Assembly: GCA_964247055.1 (NCBI GenBank)
Contig: OZ176051.1
Span: 5,456,001-5,520,000 of the forward strand
Source: Paragordius varius
Taxonomy: Eukaryota; Animalia; Nematomorpha
Length of the DNA: 64,000 nucleotides
Reading direction: 5' to 3'
Made by a program: the position numbers and the translations under genes. Under the pieces are notes generated by a model, which was not told the DNA's origin, did not search any database, and saw only the letters and a list, made by a program, of their open reading frames with translations. Each line of letters begins with the position of its first letter. The stretch's first letter is position 1. This document shows positions 52,118-64,000 of this stretch, in pieces.

Positions 52118-53728
52118 ATGTTCTTTGATCAAATTTATGTCGACTACCTCTAGTATTTGCGCTATTTGATATTTTTTAACGAGCGTAAGGTTAAAATTCT
52201 GAATTTTTTCCATTTTGGTACAATATAAACTCTTTTTAAACATTTTAATTTGGTTGAATATCATTTTATGTTTTCATTTATATATTTCGCATACAAAAAA
52301 CAAAAACAAAATGATGACTCTTTATAAATATTAATTTTTTTCTAGTACAAAAATTTTCAAATTTTTCTAAAAGAAATTATACTTTTAAACCACGCAAAAG
52401 TTAGCATATAAAACGAAACGAAACGAAATAAATAAGTAGGGGATTAAGTCGCTCGCAAGGCTTGAATTAAATATTAGCCATGAAAAAAAGCTCTCATTTG
52501 TCATAATAATAATTTTCTCTTCCAGTTAAATAATTTTAATTAGGTTTTTCTTTTGCAAAATAAAATATTTGATGGTTTTTATAGAGAGTTACTCTTTTTT
52601 TGACATAGAATTTAAATAAGCTAGCTAGCTACCTTTATTTTATATAAAAAAATGAAATTATATGGCTAATTAAAGATAATTAAATTAAAAATTTATAAAA
52701 TTTAATATTAAATATGTACATTACTATAAATGCCAATGTCTACGAAGCCAAATTAATAGAGAAAAAAACACAAATTTTTACCAATTCTTAGTATATATAT
52801 ACATCAGTATCCCAAAATTATTTTAAAAAACTAACCTTAAACAAATCGGGTCATAACAAAACGACCTTCAAAATGAATGTCGGCTAATTGTTAATTCAAA
52901 TAAGTTTATCCATGTAATAATATAATTATTAAATATGGCACCCTAAAATGTCAAATTAGCCTAAAAAATTTAGTCATCTAAAAAGAGTTTTAAATCAATT
53001 GATATTTTACATAAATTTGACAATAACCCTCATCAATAACGATAAATGGCAATTAAAAAGTAATAAATTTAATTACATCACGTTTAAAATAAAAAAACGC
53101 TTAAATTACAAATTTCTAAAAAATTGATATTGATATTGAAATATGTTATAATTACGGATTTTTATGATGATAAAATTATTTTATTTAATTTAAAATTTAA
53201 AAAAAAACTTGGAATAATTTTTATGCCAGAATCCAAAATTACAGTTGTAAGTTCTCGATTTAGATGGCACTAAAATCCAATTTTAACAAACAGCTGATTT
53301 TGGAGTCAAAATTACTGTTAAAATATTCGGCATAATTTTATTTTTTAACCATAATACATTTTTATTTCCTACATTTAGCTATTTAATTCGAAATGGCGCT
53401 GAAAAATATTTTTTCAGTATATTGCGCCTTAAAGACCATGTTATAAGTTTGTTTTCCAAATATAATAGATGGTTTTAAAGTTATTTAATTGTCCCAAAAG
53501 TATTAAGGCTTTAAATTTTATAAATAGAGTTTGTTTCTTAAGAAAAATTGCAGCATAAATGCAGGCAATGATATTTTAATAGTCAAATTTATTCTTTACA
53601 AATATATCAAACTAAATATAGTTTCAGACTTTTTTGGCATCGTAATTAAATTTTCGATATATTTTTTAATCCAAAATCGGTTTAATTTAATAAAAAGGTA
53701 ATGAATCCAAATATTCGACACATGGGTA

Positions 53729-54031
53729 CAGTTTAATACGTAAAAACTGAATTATACGGACAAAACGTAAAATTTAAAGACAAATATTTTTTTCTAAAAA
53801 ACAATGATAATTTTGATATACTATTTTTTTAAAGTCAAACTCATTGTTTAAAATGGCAAAGTATGGATGGAATAGAGATATACATATAACCAACACAACC
53901 AATTATATATTTTACAATCGTAACTAAATATTTTAAAAGGTAAAATTATATTTAAAAAAGTATGGTCGTCTCTTAGATAAAAATATTCCCCTTTATATTT
54001 TTACGTTTTCGTATAATTTCAATTTTTACTG
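53729..54031. mobile_element. TA-flanked MITE private to unit 3 (family of 3033-3322)
   Basis: TA|CAGT..TAAAAACTGAATTATACGGACAAAACGTAAAA / TTTTACGTTTTCGTATAATTTCAATTTTTACTG|TA; absent at the homologous sites in units 1 and 2. Confidence 0.75.
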
Positions 54032-57000
54032 TATATAATCTCATATTTCTCAATTAATATTGTTATCTGTTTTCGTAATAAATATATATGATTAATCCTG
54101 AAGTTTGTCAGTTTTCTTAGAAATTAATTCATATGTTCTGAACTACAGAAACCCCTATGAGTACCAAAATCTCAAGTTATAAACTTAATTTATAAGTATT
54201 TAGCAGTTTTATTCTTTCCCTCAGCAGGCACCTATTCCATATTTTCTGGTTTTTTGGCACCTTGGAAATTATAAATTTGCTTATTAAGTAACAAAGCTTT
54301 AGATTTTTATTTATCTATTAGAGGGACCATTTTGATTTGCATTTTTTATATTAATGGAAAAATGAGGAAATATTTTTACCTTAAAACCATATTATATTTT
54401 GACTCCTCTTTTTTCTACCACTAATTGATTCTAATCCATGTTATAAAATCTTATGCTGACTGCATCAAATTAAACAATTTAATACTTTATGCACACTCCA
54501 ATTTAATTGTTGCTCGATATATTTATATTTAGTAAAATGTTTAAAAGTTTTTTATAAAAATAAAGCGGCAAAATTATTAGGATCAATCATCGTTACTTAT
54601 TCTTTTTTCTTGATGGATTATAAAAGAACCATATTTTGCTTAAATGCAAAAATCGCTTTGAAGTTTTGACATTAATGGAATGAAATTATATATTATTGAT
54701 TGGTAGGTAGAAAGAAAGTTATTATCTAATTTATTAATTTTTATTCAATTTGGACGCCATTATGTTTCATATTTAATGTTTTAAATAATATGGTCGGTTA
54801 TTCAATTCAATCGGTTGAAAATCAATATTTCCTTTTTTTATATATGAGGAATATATTAAACTCTTTTACTTCTCTATTCAATTATGAAAATCGCGTTAAA
54901 AAAAAGCTGTTCATTTGATTAATAGATTTAAATCCGGATAGATTTAAAAAGGTAAAATCTTTTAAATAATTTAAAATGGGAATATAATTATTTTGCTAGA
55001 ATTTCCGTTAATTTTAAATTAAATTTCACTTTGAACCCTAAGAAAATGCTAAAATCTGATATAATTTTAATAAGATGTCTTTTAGCCCTATTATCCAAAG
55101 ATAAGCCACTCAATTAAATGTTTCGGAATTAATTTTACTTGATCGGTATATAAATGTTTTATAATATTTTGTAGTTTGCCTCTCTGTAATATTCTTATAA
55201 TCTCTTAAATGTTGCCAACTGATATTAGTTGTGACTTTTTAGCTAACGTTAGCCATCTATTTAATCAAGGACTGTTTTCCATAATAAATTTTGGGTACAT
55301 TGTCTCAATTTTCATATCTTTCAAACGCTTCAAATATGTGGACAATTAAAATTTTTATTTTTATCGCTGTTAATTCTTAATTAAATTCGTCAATTAGAAA
55401 TCATTGTGTTTTAATTCCTATAAAGTATGAATACCCTAATGTTTTCTTTTATAAGGCAAAAATGGTTATAACCTTGGAAGGGATTGGCTAACAACAATAT
55501 GAATTTTAATAAGATTGGGACCCAATGATTTAATCATAATATAAAAATTTTACCTACTAGTCTTAAACCTAATCCTAACTTACATAAAATCATAAAAGAT
55601 TACAAACGTTTGCCATTTTTATAATAAAATAAAGGAAAATAATAGGTATAAAAAAAACTCATTATAATTACAATCTTGATTCGCATGTCTTGTCTAATTG
55701 TCCTTGCAAATCAGTTTTAGTATTTCTTAGCTGCTTTTTAATTATATTTTAGTGTGATCACATTCGTTAATTTATTCATTTTTTCTGACTTAAAAAACGG
55801 ATGAAATTTTTCCTTCAATCTACTGCCATATATATTTATATTTAGCTTTACTCTATCAAATGATATCGTTTAACAATCATTTTTTTCTCAGAATACTTAT
55901 TTAATAGTTGTTCATGTCTGAAAACAACATTATAAAAGAGGTTTAGATGGTTTTATATCTGAATTTCAACATATAATACAGTAAGATTGAATATAAATTG
56001 CTACTCTTTTCTTACCAAATATTGCTAGATAGCATATGCAGCAAAGAGAATCCTTTTTTGGATAATATAACAGTAAAAAGCGGAAAAAATAGTCAATAAT
56101 ACTGCCCTTTGCTTATGCTATTTGGCTATATAATTAATGAAAAATTAGCAATGTATACTTGCTCATACTGTATTGGTAACTGTTATTCAAGTCTAAAAAC
56201 ATTATAAATTAGGATGATGTGGTGTTTTATATCTGAAACTTGATATAACCCACAAGCAATCTAAATGTAAATTAATTTGGTTTTAGGATATTTCAAATAG
56301 AATAATAGATTACATTTGCAATTACCCACCACTGTAATAATATATATACAATAAACTACTATTAATCAAGAATAAATTTGTATGTTAGAAACTCGATCAC
56401 AGTGTATATTAATTGCCATAATAAATCAAAAAAATATACTTTCAGCATATCAATAATTGAAAAATCTTTTATGATTGCAATTATATATTTTGTTTTTATA
56501 ATAATATTGGTAAAATAGGAATGAATTGTTTTCAGTTAAATGTTAATTTCGGTTGTTTAACAAATTAACCAAACGAGAATACAATTTTCCGGTAAAAGGG
56601 TAAACCCAACAATTTAAAGTTAAATGCCAAACATAGACAAGCCCTTTTTATTGGCGCCTAAGTTATTCCCCACCCGCTGTATATTTTTTTGCAAATTTGG
56701 TTGTTAAAAAGCCAGGTCAACCTTTTTTAGTACCCTTTCAAACTCAGCATGTTTTAGCCCCCAATATTTTAAAATTATGTTGAAAATACTTCTAGAAAGG
56801 TATTAGTTTTCTAATACATTTTTCAAATACGTTTCTATTTTATATTTTAGTTGATATAATCATCCCAGAAAATGATGTTGATTGTAATTTTCAAGATTAT
56901 CTACATTTCCTAGTGATTTTTTGGCATCTCATAATATTCCTTAATCTAAGTTATCACCATGAACGCACACCGTATCGTATATCAATATTAGAATCATCAA

Positions 57001-57108
57001 AATTACCTGTATTAATATTAAGAATGCTAATTTCAAACAATACTTCCAACATTAATTTGTGATCTATACTATGATAATATATTCATATATAAATAAATTT
57101 ATCCATAA

Positions 57109-58231
57109 CTAGCGTAAATCTCGTGCTGCTACGCAGCCCGAGGAAGTCTTTCGGACTTCTGGGGGGGGATGGCATTTTACGGGGGGAGCGGGTAAAAAGT
57201 GGGACTAAATTAAAAAAGCGAGACGACTATGTTCGGCGCAATCGAAAATAAGTAAACAAAAATCATATTTGAAATTGAATGGTCCAACACGTTCTACTGA
57301 AAATTGACTTAACCCATTTTTCACACGAGGTGGGCCCGAACTGGGGACCTAATTCCAGAAAGGGCGAAGCTATTGTCGGGACATTTGTTTTTTTTGAAAA
57401 AAATGGCATTTTACGGGGGGAGCGGGTAAAAAGAGGGCCTAAATCAAAAAAGTGACTCGACTATGTTCAGCGCGATCAAAAATAAGTAAACAAAATTCAT
57501 ATTTGAAATTGAATGCTCCAACACGTTCTCCAAAAAATTGACTTAACCCATTTTCCACACGGGGTGGGCCCGAACTGGGGACCTAATTCCAAAAAAGGGC
57601 GAAGCTATTGTCGGGGCATTCATTAATGATTATATTTTTTCGATATTTGGATTTGATTGGGATCACCGGTTTTCCGGAAACAGTTCACAAAGTTATATGA
57701 AAAATCAGTTTTTAGCGGGTAGCTCCTTACCCAGCAGCTATCATCAAATAAACGGTGGACTAAAATTTTTGCCTTTTAACAGGGAATACGTGGAATCTAT
57801 ATTGAATTTTTAAGGTCTCATACCTAGGACGAAAAATCGATTTAAAAAATTATTTTTGTGGACTTTGTTTTTTGAAAAAAATGGCATTTTACGGGGGGAG
57901 CGGGTAAAAAGAAGGCTTAAATCAAAAATGTGACTCGACTATGTTCGGCGCAATCGAAAATAAGTAAACAAAAATCATATTTGAAATAGAATGGACCAAC
58001 ACGTTCTTCGGAAAATTGTCTCAAAGACACGATCGGACTTTAGTTATTTAAAAAAACCGTTTTTCACACAGGGTGGGCTCGAATTGGATGGCTATTTCAA
58101 AAAAGGGCGAAGCTATTGTCGGGGCATTCATTAGTGATTATATTTTTTCGAAGTTTGGATTTGAATGGGTCTACCGGTTTTCCTGTACCAGATCACAAAA
58201 CCAGCATTTTCCATTTTTATAAATATATAGA
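57109..58231 (-). mobile_element. Non-autonomous Helitron (1123 bp) with internal tandem duplications, private to unit 3
   Basis: Same termini as 37667-38338 in reverse (last 38 bp identical). The empty site ATCCATAA|TTAAAAATAA is seen in units 1 and 2. Internal block ATGGCATTTTACGGGGGGAGCGGG recurs at ~57169, ~57403 and ~57881. Confidence 0.93.
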
Positions 58232-61200
58232 TTAAAAATAATTTTCTTATTGATTGAAAAATATCGGTTGAGTTTATTTTGAGTAATTTAATAGTAATAA
58301 TCTTTTAAACCTCTAAAATTTTTAATTTTAATATAATTTTGCCATACAGCGATGTTTTATGTGAATATAGATTATTTTTATTGGTGTATTTAAATTACAT
58401 ATAAAACCGAAAAACATTGACTTTTACCTGTCTTTATTATTGTATGTCAAAAATATTAACATGAATTAACAATGCAAAACCTAAAAACAAATTGGAAATA
58501 ACATAAATTTTATTTAACTAAAATATTTTTACCTGTATTTATTAATATAACAAAAAAAGGAAAATTTTGATAATTAACAATGCAATACCAAAAAAATAAC
58601 AAAAACTCACCCAAATATTTTCTGTTTTGATAATTATAACAAAAATATTTTATAATTATTTTTAATTAACAATGCATTACAGAAAAACCAAAAAATTTTA
58701 AATCCAAATGATTTTACCTGTTTTTATAAAACTATGTAAAAATAAAATTATTTATAATTACCAAAGTTAAATAAAAAACTAAAAAAATTAATTTGAATTT
58801 ATTAAAAACCGAATTTTTACCTTTAATTTTTATAATGTCCAAATAGTACTTAATTACAATTAACAATACAAAACCAAAAAAATTATATTTTTTAAATTTA
58901 TTAAAAACCGAATTTTTACCTTTAATTAATAAAATTTTCAAAAATGTAGAATTAGTTACAATTATCAATGCAAAACCAAAAAAAACAAAAAAAAATTAAT
59001 TTTTACCAAATTTATTAAAAACCGCAATTTTAATTATTAAAATGTAAGTATGTAGTATTAATTACAATTAACAATGTTAAATAAAAAACAAAAAAATTTT
59101 ATTTTTACCAAATTTATTAAAAACCGCAATTTTTACCTGTATTTATAAAATGTTCAAAATATGTAGTATTAACAATGTTAAATCAAAAAACAAAAATTAA
59201 ATTTGACTATTTATTGAAACCGCAATTTTTACCTGGTTTAAATTTAAAAATTATTTACAAATGCAAAACATAAAAAGAAAAAAAATCTAAAATAACTTAT
59301 ATTTTCACAAATATATATTTACCTGTGTTTTTAAGTAGTAATAACAACTATATAAAATAATAATACCAATTTTGATTAATACAGGTTTTTATCATGTTGA
59401 AAAATATAATTATTAAATAAATAATTAGGAATAATTAACATAATAATCTTAAAATACCTATTTTACTAATTATTAATTATTAAAGATAAAAACCCACAAA
59501 TTTCCGCATCTAAATACGTAACAACAATATTTCAAATGTTAACATAAATTCCTATAATATTCTCAAAATTTAACATTACAAAATACATCAAATTAAAGCC
59601 TATGTCAAATCTCAATCCTCTTTCATATGTGTACTACGAAATAATTTTGTGGGTCAGTATTTTACGCATTTGATGAACCATTTATGTTATTTGACTGGCA
59701 ATAATATTACTTAACATACATTAAAATGCATACTGGTATATCATTTAATAAAATTAAAAATTCATAAAAATTTAATCAAAGAAATCAATTATTTTTGGAA
59801 AAGGGTTATGATGCGGATCATAAACCATGTAATTTATATCCTTATGGGTAAATTGGGATAGGTAGTTAACTACCCCAAACTTAAGTAAAATATATTTCAT
59901 AAACTAGGGAATATTAAAATATAAGTATAGTAAAAATCACTTATACCAAAATCATCGAATATATACTTATTTATGGTTCCTATTACAGATCGGCATGAGA
60001 TTTATCATAAGTGTCAAATATTGTACATGATAGAATATGGTAACTTTTAGCCAATAGTTATCCTTTAAAAAGCAAAAAATAGATTAAAGAGAGTCTCAAA
60101 TTGGGCAACATTCCTTAAAATTTTTCGCGCTATATTATTTATTTGCATCTTTATAAAGTTAACAGTTTAAACATTAGAACTCAATGTGAATAATTTCTAT
60201 TTTCCTCATTTTGGAAAGTAACAGTTATAAATAATTTGGTATCCATTTGGTGATGATAGATATCTTTTGGTTTTTATACAAATTCCAGGGGTATTTGAGA
60301 CTGGTTGCACTATAACGTTTTGTTGCTACATATCTGTCCGAGCTGATGAATTGTTTGCTGATTTTTTTCGATCTGATCTAAAAAGCATAATTTAGGCCTT
60401 ACATTTAGAGCTTCTTTTACTGGACCTAACATGATTGTCATTTTCTAACTTATCTGTAATCAATACATGACCACTTTGTCTGGGCTTAATTCACTCTAGT
60501 GCTTTATCATTTTTTTAAATTTATGTTCCCACTGTCTACCTAGCACATACCTATATTCCATAATTCAAATAACTAAATCTATCCCAATCAGTTTTCTGAG
60601 GGTGCGCGACTCACAGATGAATGCATTAATGATAAAAATATTGCTTCTATGATTCGTTCGAATTGCAATTCTTTTAAAAATACAAAAAAATGGCGAGCCA
60701 CAGGGAAAATGTGGGGGACAGCGCGTAAGACTCTTTTTTTCCTAGGTAAATAAAATGAAAATATTTGTATAATACTTTTCCATTCGATTTTATGTAAATA
60801 TTTATATTTTTACATATTTTCATAAATTATCTTTGGAAAAAAACTTGTAGTACTTTTAATTATAATTATTATGAATATTATCACACTTTATCGATCAATA
60901 TAATAAAAAATAAGAATTTGCCATTTTCTGCTCTCAAAGATTTTGAGAGTGACATAAGGTCAGATCATTGATCTTTTATCCAAAATTTTATTATGTTATA
61001 TAATTAAAATATATCCATAAATAAATTTATGATATACTACAGAAAAAATTACTGCGACGTAAGCTGATCAAATTTAGGATTTATAGCTATCCATTTTTGC
61101 TCTTTAGTAAATTATTGGAAATAAAAATATATTTATAATAATATTTTAATTATAATATATATAAATATACCACAAATTAAAATTGGATTTATTTATCAAT

Positions 61201-61472
61201 GGATGGATATTCCTAAAGAGGTATGTATGTATTAATGGAAGTCTTTTAAAATTTATAAATATGTTTACTTAGATTTAAATAAACTTATGACATTTAAAAA
61301 CTTAATATCTTAAACAAGTATTAATTTATAATTAAAATTTCTTCCAAAAAATTATATTTTTACTTAAAAAAATTAATTATGCCAATGCTATAAAGTAATT
61401 AACTTTAAGCAGTCTCTTCCATAAAATCCTCTATTTTTTATAATTTTTTAATAATTTTTTATTTTATCCTAT

Positions 61473-61512
<40 letters not shown>

Positions 61513-63515
61513 AAATCTAATTTATTTTTATCATAGTTTAAGGAAAATATATATCTCTTATAATAATTATTTATAATCGGCATTATGGATAAAAACTCTA
61601 CCACCTATGTTATATATATAATATTTAAAAAAATAGATAATATTAAAGTGGTTTAGGTAATGAATGATTAAACTTTGCAAAAAACTTTTGGTCGGAGTTC
61701 AGACATTTATTTTGGCTTTTTCTTAGGTCCTCTACTACAAATATATCTCCCTTATCCTTTATTTAATTTTCAAAATTCAACAAAAACTTTAAACTGTATA
61801 TCCACAATTCATAAGTCACACACAATATATACCATAACTAATAAAATTAGGCTAGTATTCATAACTAAACAACCTGACTTGGACAATTTTTGCTTTCTGT
61901 TTGAAATTATAAAACACAAGAAGAGACACGAAAATGATTGATTATGTATGTATGTTTTCATAAGTTGAAACTCAAACGACAAACCACAAACTAATTATTT
62001 CATAACAAAAATGTAACTAAGTTAACGTGGAGAATAAATGTGTACCTAAAGGCTAAAACACATTGGTCTAATATAACTGAATGTGCATTGATCTAGCCAA
62101 AAAATAGTTGATTGATATAAATTTAATTTATATACACAATATATATATATAACATGGTATGAAAACCATTCCCATGCAATTAGTTTGATAGAAACTTCTG
62201 TAATTTATTCCATAAATCCAAACTGGACAAGTGTCCTCGTCTCTTATTTTTTTACTATTCGTCAAATAACTAGGTATCAATAATTTGTATCTTAAATAAA
62301 ATTCCATTTTTGTAAATTTTTATTCTTTATTTTAAATTATATAAAAGGATAAAAAATCTGTTTTAAGAGGTAGAAGAGATTTAAATAAATTAAAGGTCTA
62401 TCTATGCATGCCTAACTATATGTATGTTTGTCCGTGTGATTTATAATGATTAAAATATGTGTGAATTTAAAATTTTTTCGATAAAATTTTTTGACACAGA
62501 GTTTCCGTCGGATTAAATCATATCATATTTATTTTAGTTTAAAACTTTTTTTGCAAACTGGGATTATTGGAACGTAAAAATGATGGTTAAGTTAAATTAA
62601 TTAAATATGTTAAAAAAACTCTTTGAGGCAAAACAAGTTTTGAAACGGTCCTCTACGCTAAAATTGTTAAAAATTATTATTATATCCTTTGTCAGGATAT
62701 GTATTCGATTTTTGAAATCTGACACAAGCAATTTTTGGCTCCGGTTTTTTTGTGAATATTTTTTTACAAATCGCGGTTTGCAAAAAGAATGTTTTGAATT
62801 GCGTTATCAATGCAGTTTATTTCCCGTCTACAAAAAAGATATATAAACCACAAAAAGTTTTATGTCCTAAATATTAAAATAGAAAAGATATTAAAACCTG
62901 GCCATGAAAATCAAAACAAAACAGGTAATAATCGGTATATCAAAAAACTTTTGTAAACGATAAAAAAAGCTTGTACTTCGAATAATTTCTTTCACTACTC
63001 CAATAAACGATTTCCATCAACCATTAGTTTAATACATTAATTTTTATAAGCTTTTTGGCCTTGGGGTTAGATAGGGGTAAGGTTAATACATTAATTTTTA
63101 TATTTTTTATATAAAAATATATTGATGTACATTGATGAGGGACAAAATTTGTCCTCCAAAAAATGATAATTGGGTTATGTCTTAAACAATAACCGGTTTT
63201 TGTTGGGTTTTTTTTTCGTTTGTCCCTAAATAAATATTTGCATATGTTACATAATATAATAAGCAAAAAATTAATTTAATGTATATGATAATAAATTTGT
63301 ATTTAGCCAAGTTAAATAATTTATTTTATTTGAAACAATTCTTCTATCCAATATCAGGTAACATGTATATTTGATTATTTAAAATTAAAATTTAATTTTC
63401 GCAGTGATAGGTATACATGTAATTTTAAGTCAAACTTATCAGACTAATCGTTTAAAATGGTAAAAATAAAGTGTAATTTTTAAACAATTTAAATTCTTTA
63501 TTGGCTAAATTAATG

Positions 63516-63520
<5 letters not shown>

Positions 63521-63595
<75 letters not shown>
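63521..63595. repeat. (TA)n microsatellite
   Basis: Direct reading; source of the (YI)n pseudo-ORF 63452-63715. Confidence 0.95.
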
Positions 63596-63597
<2 letters not shown>

Positions 63598-64000
63598 CTA
63601 ATCCAGAATGGTATATTTTATAAATATTATACAATATATTTTTTTGAATTTGAAAAGAAAATGCTTGAATTTCTTCATCATAAACTACATTCTTTCCAAA
63701 AAATAGGATCATCAACTGTTAAATAATTAATAAGTATAAAATTAATGCCTAAGTAAAAAAATATTTTTTTATTAATATCATCTTATTTGATGGATTAAAT
63801 TTTTGGTATATTTATATTCTTGGAAAATTTTGACATTATCCAGGTCAAATGAAATTTATATTAAATTATCCAATTTTAGTTAGCTAGTATGGATAGTTAA
63901 CTATTTTTTCATACTAAATTTTAAAGTTTTCAACGCAATTAATTTGAAATTAATCCCACAAGCAATTAAGAATTTTTAGTGATAATATTGTTTTGATTCA

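Larger units (their letters stand above)
22207..64000 (+). repeat. Head-to-tail macro-tandem array: unit 1 22207-33868 (11662 bp), unit 2 33869-46441 (12573 bp), unit 3 46442-59736 (13295 bp), unit 4 59737 to beyond 64000
   Basis: Collinear landmarks: GATCATTAACCATG ~22289/33950/46523/59816; AACTTTGCAAAAAA ~24146/35796/48371/61671; GGATCATCAACTG-type ~26164/38478/50411/63707; GGGGATTAAGTCGCTCG ~28138/40460/52439; CCCACCCGCTG ~32169/44499/56669. Copies appear roughly 85-95% similar by eye. Confidence 0.98.

Noticed and set aside
60200-60460. Minus-strand frame reading through TAA/TAG to a TGA, suggesting a ciliate-type code (TAR=Gln)
   Set aside because: The Cys-rich gene and the RTE end in TAA/TAG, open exons contain no in-frame TAR, the frame is broken in other copies, and the plus strand gives the better FN3-like reading with T-rich introns.
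62607-62846. ORFs 62607-62846 and 25185-25379 at related positions of the unit
   Set aside because: Frames are not conserved among copies and lack splice context; the sequence looks like a decayed repeat.
63452-63715. ORFs with (YI)n or (IY)n runs (also 36094-36306 and 52043-52264)
   Set aside because: Translations of (TA)n microsatellites.

Overview
Extremely AT-rich eukaryotic (probably invertebrate animal) DNA using the standard genetic code; no prokaryotic genes, rRNA, tRNA or CRISPR arrays were seen. (1) 1-13.6 kb: a degenerate ~315-bp satellite ending in a Helitron-type 3' end, one apparently intact 3-exon gene for a 106-aa secreted 8-Cys protein (2970-4008), several MITEs and foldback elements, and a nested insertion (foldback element > RTE LINE > hAT MITE). 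(2) 13.6-22.2 kb: plus-strand exons and decayed exons with FN3-like and Ig-like signatures, plus two mariner relics. (3) 22.2 kb to the window end: a head-to-tail array of three full copies and one partial copy of a ~11.7-12.2 kb unit. Each junction falls exactly on the terminus (..ACTG|TA) of the foldback element. Each unit carries decayed exon-like segments. Copies differ by private insertions (two related non-autonomous Helitrons, one MITE) and show a probable gene-conversion tract. All alignments and translations were done by eye; domain and family names are pattern-based, not database hits.
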